Assembly (NCBI GenBank): GCA_003284445.1
Contig: QBVH01000001.1
Span: 17,947-81,946 of the forward strand
DNA: 64,000 bases
Source: Prochlorococcus sp. AG-311-D23
Lineage (GTDB): Bacteria; Cyanobacteriota; Cyanobacteriia; PCC-6307; Cyanobiaceae
Direction: 5' to 3'
Part shown: positions 9,821 through 20,535 of the stretch, piece after piece
How the letters are laid out: each line of letters begins with the position of its first letter
Numbering within the stretch: position 1 is the first letter of the stretch
The notes under the pieces: model-generated
Seen by the model: the letters and a program-made list of their open reading frames with translations, nothing else
Told to the model about the DNA's origin: nothing
Database searches by the model: none
Position numbers and translations under genes: made by a program

Positions 9821-11041
9821 CTAACTACAAACTATTGACTTTCCAGCTACCCAGCCACTAGTCCAGCAATGTTGGAAATTAAAGCCGCCAGTAACACCAT
9901 CAATATTTAATACTTCTCCTGCGAAAAATACCCCCTTACATATCTTACTTTCCATAGTTTTAAAATTAATTTCCTTAAGTGATACTCCTCCAGCAGTTAC
10001 AAATTCCTCACCAAAAGGACCACGCCCCTTTATCAAATAGGTTTTCATTGTTAAACATTTGATTAAAGACTCCTTTTCAGATTTAGACAGTTCAGCCCAT
10101 TTCAATTGTGTGTCAATATTTAAGCTTAAGAGAAAAGATTTCCATAGGCTTCGTGGAAGATTATGGAAAGGTTTATTATTGAATATTAATTTCTTACCAT
10201 TTTCTAATTTAAATAAATCTATTTTTAATCTGGCTTCATCCTCGTTCATAGAAAGCCAATTTATTCTTAATTTAGCATTATATTTATTTTCGTATAGTTT
10301 TCTTGCACTAAAAGCAGAGATCCTAAGAATAACAGGGCCGCTAAAGCCTTTATGTGTTATCAAGATCGGGCCTTCTCCAGAATATTTTTTGTTGTTAACA
10401 TTGAGTTTAATCTGAACATGTAAAGTAATACCAGAACAATCTCTTAATAAGCTATCTGCTGTAGAAAATGAAAAAAGAGATGGAACAGGCTGAATAATTG
10501 AATGCCCAAGACTCTTTGCTAATCTACGTCCACTAGGATGACCACCACTACAAATCAAAATATTTTTAGCTTTAAAGGAATTATTACCTTTAACTAATAA
10601 GTTAAAGCCACCATTTATTATGCTAATTTTCTTTACATGGGAATTAGTTAATACCTTTACTCCAGAGTTTTTCGCAGCAGCAGTCAAACAACTTATAACT
10701 TCTTCAGAAGAATCAGAGCAAGGAAATACTCTGCCGTCATTCTCTACTTTAAGACTAAGACCTTTCTTTTGAAACCAATCAAAAGCTTCAGTTGTGGAAA
10801 ATCTATTAAACAAACCTAATAGTTGCTTTTCTCCTCTTGGATAATTATTTACTAAATTAGAAATCTCGAAACATGAATTGGTTAAATTACACCTACCACC
10901 ACCACTAATTCTAACTTTCTCAAGTACTTTTGAGGTACCTTCTAGAATGACAACAGATCTAACTCCATTAGTAATCGCGGTGATTGCTCCCATAAAGCCA
11001 GAGGCACCCCCACCAATAATGACAAGATCTGAGTTCATCAA
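9821..11041 (-). CDS. HI0933/BaiN-family NAD(P)/FAD-dependent oxidoreductase
   Basis: IIGGGASG, ISGGGRCNLTN, FVTAGGV and GVTGGFNFQ. Confidence 0.92.
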   Translation of the reverse strand: MMNSDLVIIGGGASGFMGAITAITNGVRSVVILEGTSKVLEKVRISGGGRCNLTNSCFEISNLVNNYPRGEKQLLGLFNRFSTTEAFDWFQKKGLSLKVENDGRVFPCSDSSEEVISCLTAAAKNSGVKVLTNSHVKKISIINGGFNLLVKGNNSFKAKNILICSGGHPSGRRLAKSLGHSIIQPVPSLFSFSTADSLLRDCSGITLHVQIKLNVNNKKYSGEGPILITHKGFSGPVILRISAFSARKLYENKYNAKLRINWLSMNEDEARLKIDLFKLENGKKLIFNNKPFHNLPRSLWKSFLLSLNIDTQLKWAELSKSEKESLIKCLTMKTYLIKGRGPFGEEFVTAGGVSLKEINFKTMESKICKGVFFAGEVLNIDGVTGGFNFQHCWTSGWVAGKSIVCS

Positions 11042-11248
11042 AGAACAAGCTTCTAATAATTTATATTTTAATAAAAGTAATAAATAAATAATTTATTTAT
11101 TACTTTTATTTATTGAGTCAAAACTAAATTTAAAAATAAAAAAAGATTATTGATAAAAGATATTGATTAGATACACATTGTCTTGATACGCAGTTGAAAT
11201 CTTAATTCAGTTCATTTTTGTTGTATCTTTTCAAAAAATTGAAAAAAT

Positions 11249-11464
11249 ATGGCTGGTCCAAAAAGAGATGAAGCGAAATCAATTCTCTCCTATGTAAGAC
11301 AAGAGCTTAGATATATGGATGAAGACCTCAGGAACGACGGTTTACTTCCTGAGTTATCTTCACTCAGATCAGTATATGAGCAACTTTCAACTTTATTAGA
11401 ACTTTCAGACGGTAGGAGAAAAAAGAAAGAGAAACAAGCATTTAATGAAGACAAAAAAAACTAG
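11249..11464 (+). CDS. Small conserved hypothetical protein (paralog of 8019-8222)
   Basis: YVRQELR...DGLLPELS.L..VY..L. Confidence 0.8.
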   Translation: MAGPKRDEAKSILSYVRQELRYMDEDLRNDGLLPELSSLRSVYEQLSTLLELSDGRRKKKEKQAFNEDKKN

Positions 11465-11627
11465 CTCAAATAAAACATTGGAAAATCAATTATTCTTAGT
11501 ACTTAATCCTTCGAGAGTATATTCTACTTTATCTTTTTTTTTATAGAAAGGTAAGTCAATAGTCTATTCTGGAATTTGAGTTAACTATTAAATTCAAATC
11601 AAGAAATAACTCTTTATTGATAAACTA

Positions 11628-11804
11628 ATGCAAAAAAAAAATACAAATTCTGGAAGTGAATCTAATCTTCTAAACCCTATAAATCACATTCTTTTTTGGG
11701 ATAAAGGAGAAATGGCATACTCAGCTTTAAAAAAAATAAATGAGCATAAGGCTAATAATGAGATGGAGAAAGCAAAAATAATGTTAGCTGATTGGATTTT
11801 TTAA
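11628..11804 (+). CDS. Small hypothetical protein (58 aa, below ORF-track cutoff)
   Basis: Manual translation gives MQKKNTNSG...AKIMLADWIF. Confidence 0.4.
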   Translation: MQKKNTNSGSESNLLNPINHILFWDKGEMAYSALKKINEHKANNEMEKAKIMLADWIF

Positions 11805-11887
11805 AATTCTTAGATCAAGAAATACATAGAATATTTGATAATCAACCAAAAGGTAAAGTAAATTAAATTTCATCTAAATAAATATGT

Positions 11888-12283
11888 ATGCCCTCCATAA
11901 GAAAAAGGATTGGCTATCTTCCATCAATTAATGCTCAAAAGACGATAACTAAAATTGCAAATGTAGAAAAGCTTAGCCAATCAAAAGTGGTAGGGATATT
12001 AGTAGAAGAAGCATTAATGGCAAGAGTTGGCTTAGATCTTCAAAGATCTAATGATCTAATTGGAAAGAACCTTAATTACAAAGAAAATAATATAGATAAA
12101 TTAACCTCCAATCTTAACGATATTGATGAATTGATCTCAGATAAAGGTATAACTTATAACACAAAAAAGTACAGCTATTATGAAGAGTATATTTTATCCA
12201 AGTCCAAAGAAAATTTTAACGAAGATTTATTTGAACAGTTTAAACAATTTATTCTGTTTCAGAAAATGATACAAAATAAATAA
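11888..12283 (+). CDS. Hypothetical protein, possible ribbon-helix-helix-like N-terminus
   Basis: RKRIGYLPS...LSQSKVVGILVEEAL fits an RHH strand-helix-helix pattern (inference). Confidence 0.65.
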   Translation: MPSIRKRIGYLPSINAQKTITKIANVEKLSQSKVVGILVEEALMARVGLDLQRSNDLIGKNLNYKENNIDKLTSNLNDIDELISDKGITYNTKKYSYYEEYILSKSKENFNEDLFEQFKQFILFQKMIQNK

Positions 12284-12476
12284 TAAGGATTTTTTTAAAT
12301 GATTTAATAAAAACTATCTAGCGCTAAGAAATAATAAAAAGGGCTAGGTATTATTAAAGGATGCAGAGATCAACAAAAATGACGCAAAAAACAATCAAAT
12401 GCACTAGAAAGTGAGTAAATACGTTCTTCTAAGGATAACTAAAAAGTTTTTTTTATAAGAAATTTTAAATATAAAC

Positions 12477-12743
12477 ATGACATCAACAGCAATTCGTCAA
12501 AAATCAAATTCATCCAATCTTCTTGAAGAAGCTTTAAATCAGCCTCTCATAGGTGAAACAGATAATTTTGCATGGAACGCAACTCCATTAGGGATTGCAG
12601 CTATTTATAAAGGCAATTCACCTTCAAAACCTCCTTATGAACAAGCAATTAAAGAAGGTGAGGAATTAGCAATTGATTTAAGTCGAGAAGAGAAAGAGTT
12701 TTACCTAACTCAAAAAGGTCTTGCAATTATTTTTTACTCATAG
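12477..12743 (+). CDS. Conserved hypothetical protein
   Basis: 88-aa ATG ORF with protein-like composition. Confidence 0.7.
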   Translation: MTSTAIRQKSNSSNLLEEALNQPLIGETDNFAWNATPLGIAAIYKGNSPSKPPYEQAIKEGEELAIDLSREEKEFYLTQKGLAIIFYS

Positions 12744-12792
12744 ATTTAATTGCTAATTAAAAAATTTGATTTAAGAATCATTTATTAACAAC

Positions 12793-13128
12793 TTATTTGT
12801 CTTCAACTGATGAGTCTATGACCCATTCGTCGTTCAGTCCAAGAAGAATAAGTGCTTTATCCTCCCAATCAGTATCAATAGACCAATCGTAAGGAACAGC
12901 AAAAGATAATAAAAGCTCATTTTTGTTCTTAATATAAGTTTTACTTCTAGGCTGAGCTTTGCTAGAGATATTTTTATCTTCTAGAAAAATATCATCAGAG
13001 TTAACGTATTCAACATAGCCAAGAGACTTTATTTGCTCTTCAAATTTGAGTTCGATTCTGACATTGAAGCAATGTGCTTCATCCCAATCCGAATAATGCG
13101 AGAAGTATTGATCCCAAGAATTAAGCAT
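12793..13128 (-). CDS. Hypothetical acidic protein
   Basis: 111-aa ATG ORF rich in Trp and Asp. Confidence 0.65.
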   Translation of the reverse strand: MLNSWDQYFSHYSDWDEAHCFNVRIELKFEEQIKSLGYVEYVNSDDIFLEDKNISSKAQPRSKTYIKNKNELLLSFAVPYDWSIDTDWEDKALILLGLNDEWVIDSSVEDK

Positions 13129-13274
13129 TTAATGTTTGCTGTAAGGCAAGTTTAATGCACTAAAGACAAAATTTAAAATCAAACTATACATTAATGGAAT
13201 TTTATTAATTAAATCTTAGATTTTTATATGTAACTTAAATACTTACTTTCTAAGTTGAATATTAACTTAGAATC

Positions 13275-13478
13275 TCAATTTGTAAAAGTTAGAAAATTAA
13301 AATCATTCAGAACCCAAGTACCCAAAGTTAGCAAACCAAATCCAGCAACAAACATCATCAAGGCAGCAAGCTTGTACCTAGTAGCCTCAGAGCCTCTTCT
13401 AAGCAAAAAGGTATCCGCAGCGAAAGAATTTACTTGTGAGATTGGCTTCTGAGGTGTTTTTTTTCTGGATGAAAACAT
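13275..13478 (-). CDS. Small membrane protein
   Basis: 67 aa with a C-terminal TM helix. Confidence 0.65.
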   Translation of the reverse strand: MFSSRKKTPQKPISQVNSFAADTFLLRRGSEATRYKLAALMMFVAGFGLLTLGTWVLNDFNFLTFTN

Positions 13479-13626
13479 TTTCTTTAGCTAATATAATTAA
13501 AATTTAATGGATTTTTCCTTAGACCGCGAATAAAAGATGGACTTATCTCAAACACAAAACGATAAACACGAGCATGGGTGTGACACCTTACCAAAATAAA
13601 ACTGAGTACGGGCATGCTCCACATTG

Positions 13627-13697
<71 letters not shown>

Positions 13698-14143
13698 AAC
13701 GTCGAGGAAGAACTGATAAACCTATCAAAGTGACTGTCAAAACTTAAACATCGCCCCACCACAAAAAAAGAGAATAGATATCTAACAAAACAAAAGATTT
13801 ACAAAAAGTCATAAATGCTTTACATTTATTTATGGTAATTTTTAATCATCTAAGGAATTCGGTTTTTAGCAAATAAAAAGCTAGGCCAGCTAAAAACTTG
13901 ATCACAACATCACACAAATTTTTTATATTAAAAATGGAAATGAATCCCTATAAACCGTTAGTTCAGTTTTATGAGGGGCTTTATAAAAAAAAGCACTTCA
14001 TCACAACCTCTATGAACTATTTTAATTTAAAAATTATCTTAGCCAAAACAATTTCTTGAAGATCTAAAGTATTAAAATACCTGTTATATATTTTTTGTGG
14101 ATTAGATTTAAGCTATTTCAGATACATTTAAGATTACTCATAG

Positions 14144-14983
14144 TTAAATATTAAAATTAAGGATATTTTTTAATTTATCCAAATGTTTATCCGTAGAAAT
14201 ATTTGTTTCAATTAGTGGGCAGATCTCATTTAATTTATAAGTCTTTAATAAATTTGTAATTATTTTATTAGCAAATTCCTCTGATTCTAAAAACTCATTA
14301 GAACAATAAACACCCTTCCATGGTCGATATTTAAATCTAGCTAGAAATTGCCTAGATGGTATTAAAATACTACCAAATAGACTGATTTTAGCAACTTTAT
14401 TATTAACGGATAGCATATTAGATAGTATTTCAATCCTACTCTTGAGAAGTTTATAATCGGTTCCAAATTGAAACCAAATTGAACTAACTAAACCTGATTG
14501 AAGTTTCTTTTCTAATCTTAAGATCTCCTCATCAAACAAATAGGAAGGTAGATAAGGATTAAATGCTACGCCAATAGAAATATCTTGATTAAAAAATAAA
14601 GAATTTTCTCTAAGCATATATAAAGCCGATAAAGAATCTAACGTCGACCTTTTTTGAGAACCAGAGACAAGAAGTACTTGCCTGCATCCTGAGTCTTTAA
14701 CAGCCTGCAGAAAGTTCATCAAAGAATCCTGAGTATTAATCCTATTTTTTTTAAATTCATGGAGGATACTAAAATGAGGAACAATATCTAAATTTGGAAA
14801 CTCATCTTTCGTAATTTTAATCGACTGTAAAAGAAATTCTTTTTTTAAGCTATTTTTACAAGGTATATTAATTTTATAAAGATTATTTCTCTGGTAAAAA
14901 GATAAAATCGTCCTAAGTTCATCAAAAGATTTGAAAGATATTTCTAGCCGTATTTTAGTAACGTCAAATGGAATATCTTTCAT
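14144..14983 (-). CDS. MTHFR-like (FAD-linked TIM-barrel) protein, divergent
   Basis: IVPHFS, VLLVSG, IGVAFNPY, E..RLEKKL.SG and WFQFG resemble MetF-like proteins. Confidence 0.65.
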   Translation of the reverse strand: MKDIPFDVTKIRLEISFKSFDELRTILSFYQRNNLYKINIPCKNSLKKEFLLQSIKITKDEFPNLDIVPHFSILHEFKKNRINTQDSLMNFLQAVKDSGCRQVLLVSGSQKRSTLDSLSALYMLRENSLFFNQDISIGVAFNPYLPSYLFDEEILRLEKKLQSGLVSSIWFQFGTDYKLLKSRIEILSNMLSVNNKVAKISLFGSILIPSRQFLARFKYRPWKGVYCSNEFLESEEFANKIITNLLKTYKLNEICPLIETNISTDKHLDKLKNILNFNI

Positions 14984-15034
14984 TTAAAAAAATTCTACTG
15001 TATAAGTTAATAGAAATTATATATATTAGATATT

Positions 15035-15496
15035 TTATCTCAACCATGTATAAATAGCTCTCTTTTTACAATCAAGCTGGCCTAAGGAAGAATAATAGTA
15101 ATCATTCCATAAATCATTTGGTACCCCAGGGAAAAACATTAATTCAAGGGAGTATTCATCAGAATCAATACATTTACGAAAATAATCTCTAAATAAAAAT
15201 ATTGGTTTTCCTAAAGTAATAGCGACTTCAAGTTCGACTACTCCCCCTTCATCAGGTGGCAATCCATTAACTATTGCGAATAAGCCCACAGATTGCCTCA
15301 AATCGTTTAAGTTTGAATTAACAACTTTATTAGCCCAACCAGGCGAAGTAATATCAATATGACTATTACGAACAAAAGGTTCTCGGACATTCGCCCCCAT
15401 AAACTCCAATTTAGAAACAAATTCAGGTAAAAGTTTTAGCCTCTAATGCTCAGAAGAGCCATAGGGATAGGCAAGATAAAGTATTTTTTTTATCAA
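15035..15496 (-). pseudogene. Nucleoside 2-deoxyribosyltransferase pseudogene
   Basis: Frame opens at TTG 15496 (KKILYLAYPYG), has an in-frame TAG at 15443-15445, then continues to NG.PPDEG..VEL...LGKPIFLFRD. Confidence 0.75.
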
Positions 15497-15500
15497 TTTA

Positions 15501-15761
15501 TTAATCTGATTTTGAATTAATTAATGGAATTATGCCTTGATTTCTTTCAGAAAAACGCTCATTAGCATCTTTTACTAATAAAAGCGATAAATCCTTAACA
15601 TTAAAGATAAAGTTCTTTTGATTCAAATACATTTTAGTTATTAATTGCTTTATCTCTATATTAAATGTTGTACTGGATAAAAGAATAACTGAAGTCCATC
15701 CAGTAATTACAGCTGAGAATATAAAAGCTAATTTGAGAAGTTTATGGAAGGTATTTAGCAA
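15501..15761 (-). CDS. Hypothetical protein with N-terminal TM
   Basis: 86-aa ORF. Confidence 0.55.
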   Translation of the reverse strand: MLNTFHKLLKLAFIFSAVITGWTSVILLSSTTFNIEIKQLITKMYLNQKNFIFNVKDLSLLLVKDANERFSERNQGIIPLINSKSD

Positions 15762-15834
15762 TTTTAAAAATCATAAATAAATAAATTTATGATAACCAGT
15801 AAAATAGATAATGCACATTAGATTAAAAAGTCTT

Positions 15835-16104
15835 TCAATTACTCTTATTCATCTCGAAATCAAATTCAACCCAATTTGATGAGAGCAATTTTTTCCATGT
15901 GTTTAATGACTCTTCCTTTGTGACCTTTCTTCTACTTTTAAATTGCATAGGCTTGCCGTTTAGAACGACTCCCCACATATCAATTGTGAAAGATGCTGTA
16001 TTCTGATCATTAGTTAATTTTTTAAAGTCAAAGTTAATTGCCCATTTATTCTGAGGATCTATAAGCCAACCAACGGGTCCTTCTAGATTTTCTATTTTTG
16101 CCAT
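15835..16104 (-). CDS. DUF1651-like picocyanobacterial protein
   Basis: GWLIDP..KWAI.F and KSRRKV......WKKL...W. Confidence 0.7.
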   Translation of the reverse strand: MAKIENLEGPVGWLIDPQNKWAINFDFKKLTNDQNTASFTIDMWGVVLNGKPMQFKSRRKVTKEESLNTWKKLLSSNWVEFDFEMNKSN

Positions 16105-16269
16105 TAAAAAACATACATTTATTTTTGTTTTTTAATGAAAAAAGAAGGATTCGTCAAGCCTGGAAATCTAAAGTGAAGTTAAAGAAATAATAATTTAAAA
16201 AAGTTGAAAAGAAAATTCATAATTTAAAAGAATAGTTATAATAAATTCATACCAACAGCTCTTACAAAG

Positions 16270-16461
16270 ATGTCCTCTGAAGCGGGTAGCACACAATGTC
16301 GAGGTTTGATAGAAGCGAAAGACAGTCTACTAAAAGCAATGAATTCACTTGGATCTATCGAGAATTTAGATCACATACAGAAAACATTACGTGATGTCTA
16401 TAACGAGTTAGAACAAATGCATGAATCTAGGAGAATAAAAGAGTCTAATAACCTTAACTAA
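16270..16461 (+). CDS. Small helical hypothetical protein
   Basis: 63-aa ATG ORF containing LRDVYNELEQMHE. Confidence 0.7.
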   Translation: MSSEAGSTQCRGLIEAKDSLLKAMNSLGSIENLDHIQKTLRDVYNELEQMHESRRIKESNNLN

Positions 16462-16713
16462 TATGAATAAATTGCAATCCATAAATATTAACAGAATTTC
16501 GAATATACAAATCGCAATAAATTTAAGTTGGTCATTAGGTGATTTTTTTGAGGGTCATAATGGCAAAGTGTTTGATACTTTATATATATTTATAGAAAAA
16601 CTAAAAATGTAAGAGTCAAGATATATATAATTTACATATAACGACTATAATAAAATTAGTAAATACTAGAAAATTTTGCTCAAGCTGATAAAATAGATAA
16701 AATATCTACCTAA

Positions 16714-17115
16714 ATGTCTGCAAAAAATATTGATATATGCAAATTAGAAGATCTTGATAAATTGAGATCTGCTCCTAAACTAAATAAAAAACAATCAAAA
16801 AACCTTTTAAATCAACTTAATCAAATAATTCATAAATCAGATTGGATAACAATAGGGATTATGTCACCTACATTAAAAAGAGGAATAAGTGCAGTTAGAA
16901 GAATAGAAGAAAAATTTAAATATGATGAAATGAAATGCATCACATTACCTAGTTCTGACGGCCCAATATTCTTAAAGGCGAACCAAAAAACGGGTGAAAT
17001 TCACGCTAGGGTTGAGTTTGGCTTGGGTGAAGGAATATTAATTAGTTGTCAAAATTACGAAAATTCATTAAATTCAAAAACTATTGGCCCCTTTCCGTTA
17101 GATTTCTTTGATTAA
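16714..17115 (+). CDS. DUF1824 family protein
   Basis: DWITIGIMS, GPIFLKANQKTG, GILISCQ and GPFPLDFF. Confidence 0.8.
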   Translation: MSAKNIDICKLEDLDKLRSAPKLNKKQSKNLLNQLNQIIHKSDWITIGIMSPTLKRGISAVRRIEEKFKYDEMKCITLPSSDGPIFLKANQKTGEIHARVEFGLGEGILISCQNYENSLNSKTIGPFPLDFFD

Positions 17116-17332
17116 AAATAATACTTAATAGCTCAGCAGATATGAATAATATTTTAAACCAATACAATCAAATGAATAGAAAAGTGTGTAATTCAATGCT
17201 ATTCTAATATATAAAGTAAGTCAAAATTCAATACCTTACTTAACCTAAATTTAGTTATAAACAAATTGATTCAAATTCCTTACTACTATAAACCTTTTTT
17301 AGAAGATTTAATACATTCACCCAATAAAATAA

Positions 17333-17788
17333 ATGGATAAAGAAAGAGGAAAGTTTTATCAGTCCGGGGATGGCTCCTATTTTTACTCAGCCGATGATGC
17401 ATCCAAGTGGGACATACTAGATAGAATTGGTCAGCTTAATCTTCTTCACGTTTTAAAAAAAGAATGGGAGCCAGAGGAATCGAGCCAAAGTAAATTAAGA
17501 AAGCTTCTTCAAGAAATAAATATTGATGAATTTGAAGATTTTATGGCAGACATACTTGGCTTATGTGAATCATTTGAAGAAATGGTTTATGAATTTGAAG
17601 GTAACATAAATTTAAGTCCTGAATACTTAGAGAGGGTTTATCCAGAAGAAAAAGAAAGTTTAGAAAAGTTAAAAAATCAAATAAAAGAGCATAAAGAATG
17701 GAAGGAAAAACATCAAGCTTCATATTCTTTTCTAACTAGAAAGCTTTTAGAAAAAAATGAATCAGACAATAACGAAAAGGATACATAA
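17333..17788 (+). CDS. Hypothetical acidic protein
   Basis: 151-aa ATG ORF. Confidence 0.65.
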   Translation: MDKERGKFYQSGDGSYFYSADDASKWDILDRIGQLNLLHVLKKEWEPEESSQSKLRKLLQEINIDEFEDFMADILGLCESFEEMVYEFEGNINLSPEYLERVYPEEKESLEKLKNQIKEHKEWKEKHQASYSFLTRKLLEKNESDNNEKDT

Positions 17789-18464
17789 CATATTCTTTGT
17801 TCATCAACTCTCCTAACAATGAAAACTAAGAGAGGAAAAGAAATAAAATCAAACTAATTTACCCAGCTCTTCATATTGAATGCAAATCATTTTCATCTGA
17901 TCTTTGATATGAACGTATCTGTGTATTGTCACAAAAAGGCTTAGAGATCGCCAAAGATAACTGTTGCTTTACTGTTTGAAGATCTATATCTATTAGAGAT
18001 TCTTTTCTCATATTTACTTTATTACATTTTTAAGAATCAAAGATGAAAGCAAGTGCTTGCAACAGCTAAAGGGTTATTACCATGATTAATTAATGGTGGA
18101 AATTTCAAATTCGATCACAATAATTTGAACCTTGAATAAATCAACTTCGAGAAATCAAAAAAGGTACCACTGTTTTTAGAACAACTGGAATTATAAACAT
18201 CCTAGTCTTTTTGATAGGAAGTTACTATATCAAGAATTCAGATTACGGTGATTTTACCTACACAACTTCGAAGAAAATCTATTATAGTCTTAACAAATGT
18301 TTACATACGAATCAGACCTTTCTTCCCCCAGCAACTAGCTATAGCATCCATCAATGATAGCTATAAATATAGATTTCTACTATTTCCCTAGCTGTAGAGA
18401 TCTCAAATTGAATTCGTTTAAAAGAGATTAATTAATCTCAAACATTAAATTTACATAAAAAAAA

Positions 18465-18641
18465 ATGACTTCAACAAATCCAAAATCTACAAAACTAATA
18501 AATAGAGAGGATGTAAATGAAATGATAGAGAATGCAATAAGAAGACATAACAGAAGATCTACTATAATTTCAGCAATTCTTGGTTGGATACTTATTGGAG
18601 GATATTCTTTTGGTTTATTTCATGTGGTTCAAAGTATTTAA
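18465..18641 (+). CDS. Small membrane protein (58 aa)
   Basis: Manual translation: MTSTNPKSTKLINREDVNEMIENAIRRHNRRSTIISAILGWILIGGYSFGLFHVVQSI. Confidence 0.7.
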   Translation: MTSTNPKSTKLINREDVNEMIENAIRRHNRRSTIISAILGWILIGGYSFGLFHVVQSI

Positions 18642-18810
18642 TTCTAAATTAAACAAAGCTTAAATTAGGTCAATGAGTATTGAACAGATATATTATATGT
18701 ATGAAATTTTATAATGTTATTGTAGAAAAAATAATTTTTTAATATACTTAATTAATATAATAAATAAAATTCTGAACTAGAACAAATAATGTTTTTACAT
18801 TAATTATTTA

Positions 18811-18969
18811 CTAAGTTGTTTGACTCCATTTGTCTTGATATGGAAGTTGATAATCTTCCTTATTCATTGGAATCCAACTCCAATCTGAGCAAATAGAAAT
18901 TTGATAACCAATCACATAAAGAGCAAGCATTGCGTTAAATAAATTTATGTGGGTGACAGGGGTATCCAT
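18811..18969 (-). CDS. Small hypothetical protein (52 aa)
   Basis: Manual translation: MDTPVTHINLFNAMLALYVIGYQISICSDWSWIP... Confidence 0.5.
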   Translation of the reverse strand: MDTPVTHINLFNAMLALYVIGYQISICSDWSWIPMNKEDYQLPYQDKWSQTT

Positions 18970-19135
18970 GTTTTAATAATTTTTGCAATTCTAGCTAATA
19001 AATTATCTAATAAGAACTTCCAGTCTATAAAGTGACCATTAAAATCTAAAACGACCAGAATAAAATAAAATTTAAAATTATGATTACTTTTTATTGAATT
19101 TTTTGTCTTCAGGTTTTAATTTTAAACTTAAATAA

Positions 19136-19282
19136 TTAATGATTCTTAATTATTGGAACGGTAGGATGATCTAGAGGATCATCATTTAATATGGGTGCAC
19201 ATACTTGACGACAAGATTTTCCTTGCTCATCTTCAATACAAATTTCTAAACATTCAAAATATCTATCTTGTGCAGTTTTCAT
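19136..19282 (-). CDS. Small Cys-rich protein (48 aa, CxxxC-x8-CxxxC)
   Basis: Manual translation: MKTAQDRYFECLEICIEDEQGKSCRQVCAPILNDDP... Confidence 0.6.
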   Translation of the reverse strand: MKTAQDRYFECLEICIEDEQGKSCRQVCAPILNDDPLDHPTVPIIKNH

Positions 19283-19367
19283 ATTTTTAATTTTGTTAGT
19301 AACTAAACATACTGTTAAAAGATAAAATTTATTGATAAATTAACAAAACTTTTTTAGGTAAATGCAC

Positions 19368-19559
19368 TTATAAGTGCTCTTTTAACTTAAATAATATCTG
19401 TGAAGATTTTTTTATGGGATCACACGCTAAAACACATTGTGTCAGCTCCTTGTTAGCAAGAAGTTCAAGAATCCTAGCCATATCAATAGAAGACAGTTCT
19501 CCATCAGATCTCCATTTAAGAGTAGTTTTTCTTTGAATGGGTTTGTTCATATCCCTCAA
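19368..19559 (-). CDS. Small conserved hypothetical protein
   Basis: KTTLKW..DGELS.IDMARILE.L. Confidence 0.65.
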   Translation of the reverse strand: MRDMNKPIQRKTTLKWRSDGELSSIDMARILELLANKELTQCVLACDPIKKSSQILFKLKEHL

Positions 19560-20212
19560 ATGAAACTAATGTACAAATAGCATGATTTTAATCTTTTACT
19601 GTATTCTTAAGCTTATTTTTATCATACTAATGATTCTAAGTATAAATTACATACAACTATTAACAATTGAAAGGACATATTCGTCATTACTAAATAAAAA
19701 TTTTATATGAAACTGTAAATTATTTTAAACTACTTCAATTGAAGTGAATTTAGAAGAACTACTTTAGGAAATATTCGACTTTTCAAGATCAGATTTTTTA
19801 CTATTGCAACTTGAACTTTTAGTTTTAAGATCTTTAAGAAAAAATTTTGAAAATTGTTGAGTTTCGGTTTTTTGCATTGGTTTAAACTAACGAAAAAATT
19901 AATTTTAAAGATTTTTATTGGATCTGAGTATTAAATATAGCTAAATAAGATCTATAACGTGTGTGAAAACCGAACAAACCTATCTTGGAGCTCTTCCTAG
20001 ATCATCTACTTTGACATTTTTAAGATTACTTATCGATTAAAAATTTTTCAAACAAAGTATTGTTAATAAAGAAGTACTTAAGTATAAATTATGTTTAGAC
20101 TAAAAATATAATTTCATAAAAATAATTATTTGCATATAAATAGTTTTATTAGTATATTTATATAGAAATAACTTATTTGTTCAAAGGAAATGAACTTTTA
20201 TTCTTTTTATTT

Positions 20213-20347
20213 CTAGTTTGTAGATCTCGTCCAAGTCTTTGCAACCTTTGATTTTTTCTCTCCTTTTAATATAAAGAGCATTAGTAACGGAGCGATACCC
20301 ATTAATGGAACTATCAGGTTCATAGCATAGTTATGAGTTCCTTCCAT
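20213..20347 (-). CDS. Small single-TM peptide (44 aa)
   Basis: Manual translation: MEGTHNYAMNLIVPLMGIAPLLMLFILKGEKKSKVAKTWTRSTN. Confidence 0.45.
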   Translation of the reverse strand: MEGTHNYAMNLIVPLMGIAPLLMLFILKGEKKSKVAKTWTRSTN

Positions 20348-20535
20348 TTTTCAAGCCAAAAATAATATAAATTATTTTAATTAATTTTTAATATGTGTTA
20401 ATGCGTAAAAACTCTTATTAAAGCAAATAAGTCTATTCAGTTCAAAGCCAAAAATCAGGTTTACAAAAAAAGCTTCTCCTTTATTTCCTAGTTAATTTGG
20501 GTAATATTAGAATCTAGGCATTTAAATAAAAAAAA

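Noticed and set aside
17800-18400. Short interrupted frames suggesting a decayed gene
   Set aside because: No recognisable homology, so a call cannot be supported.
20073-20086. AGTAC-TTAA-GTATA as a LexA box
   Set aside because: Imperfect match in very AT-rich DNA with no clear target gene.
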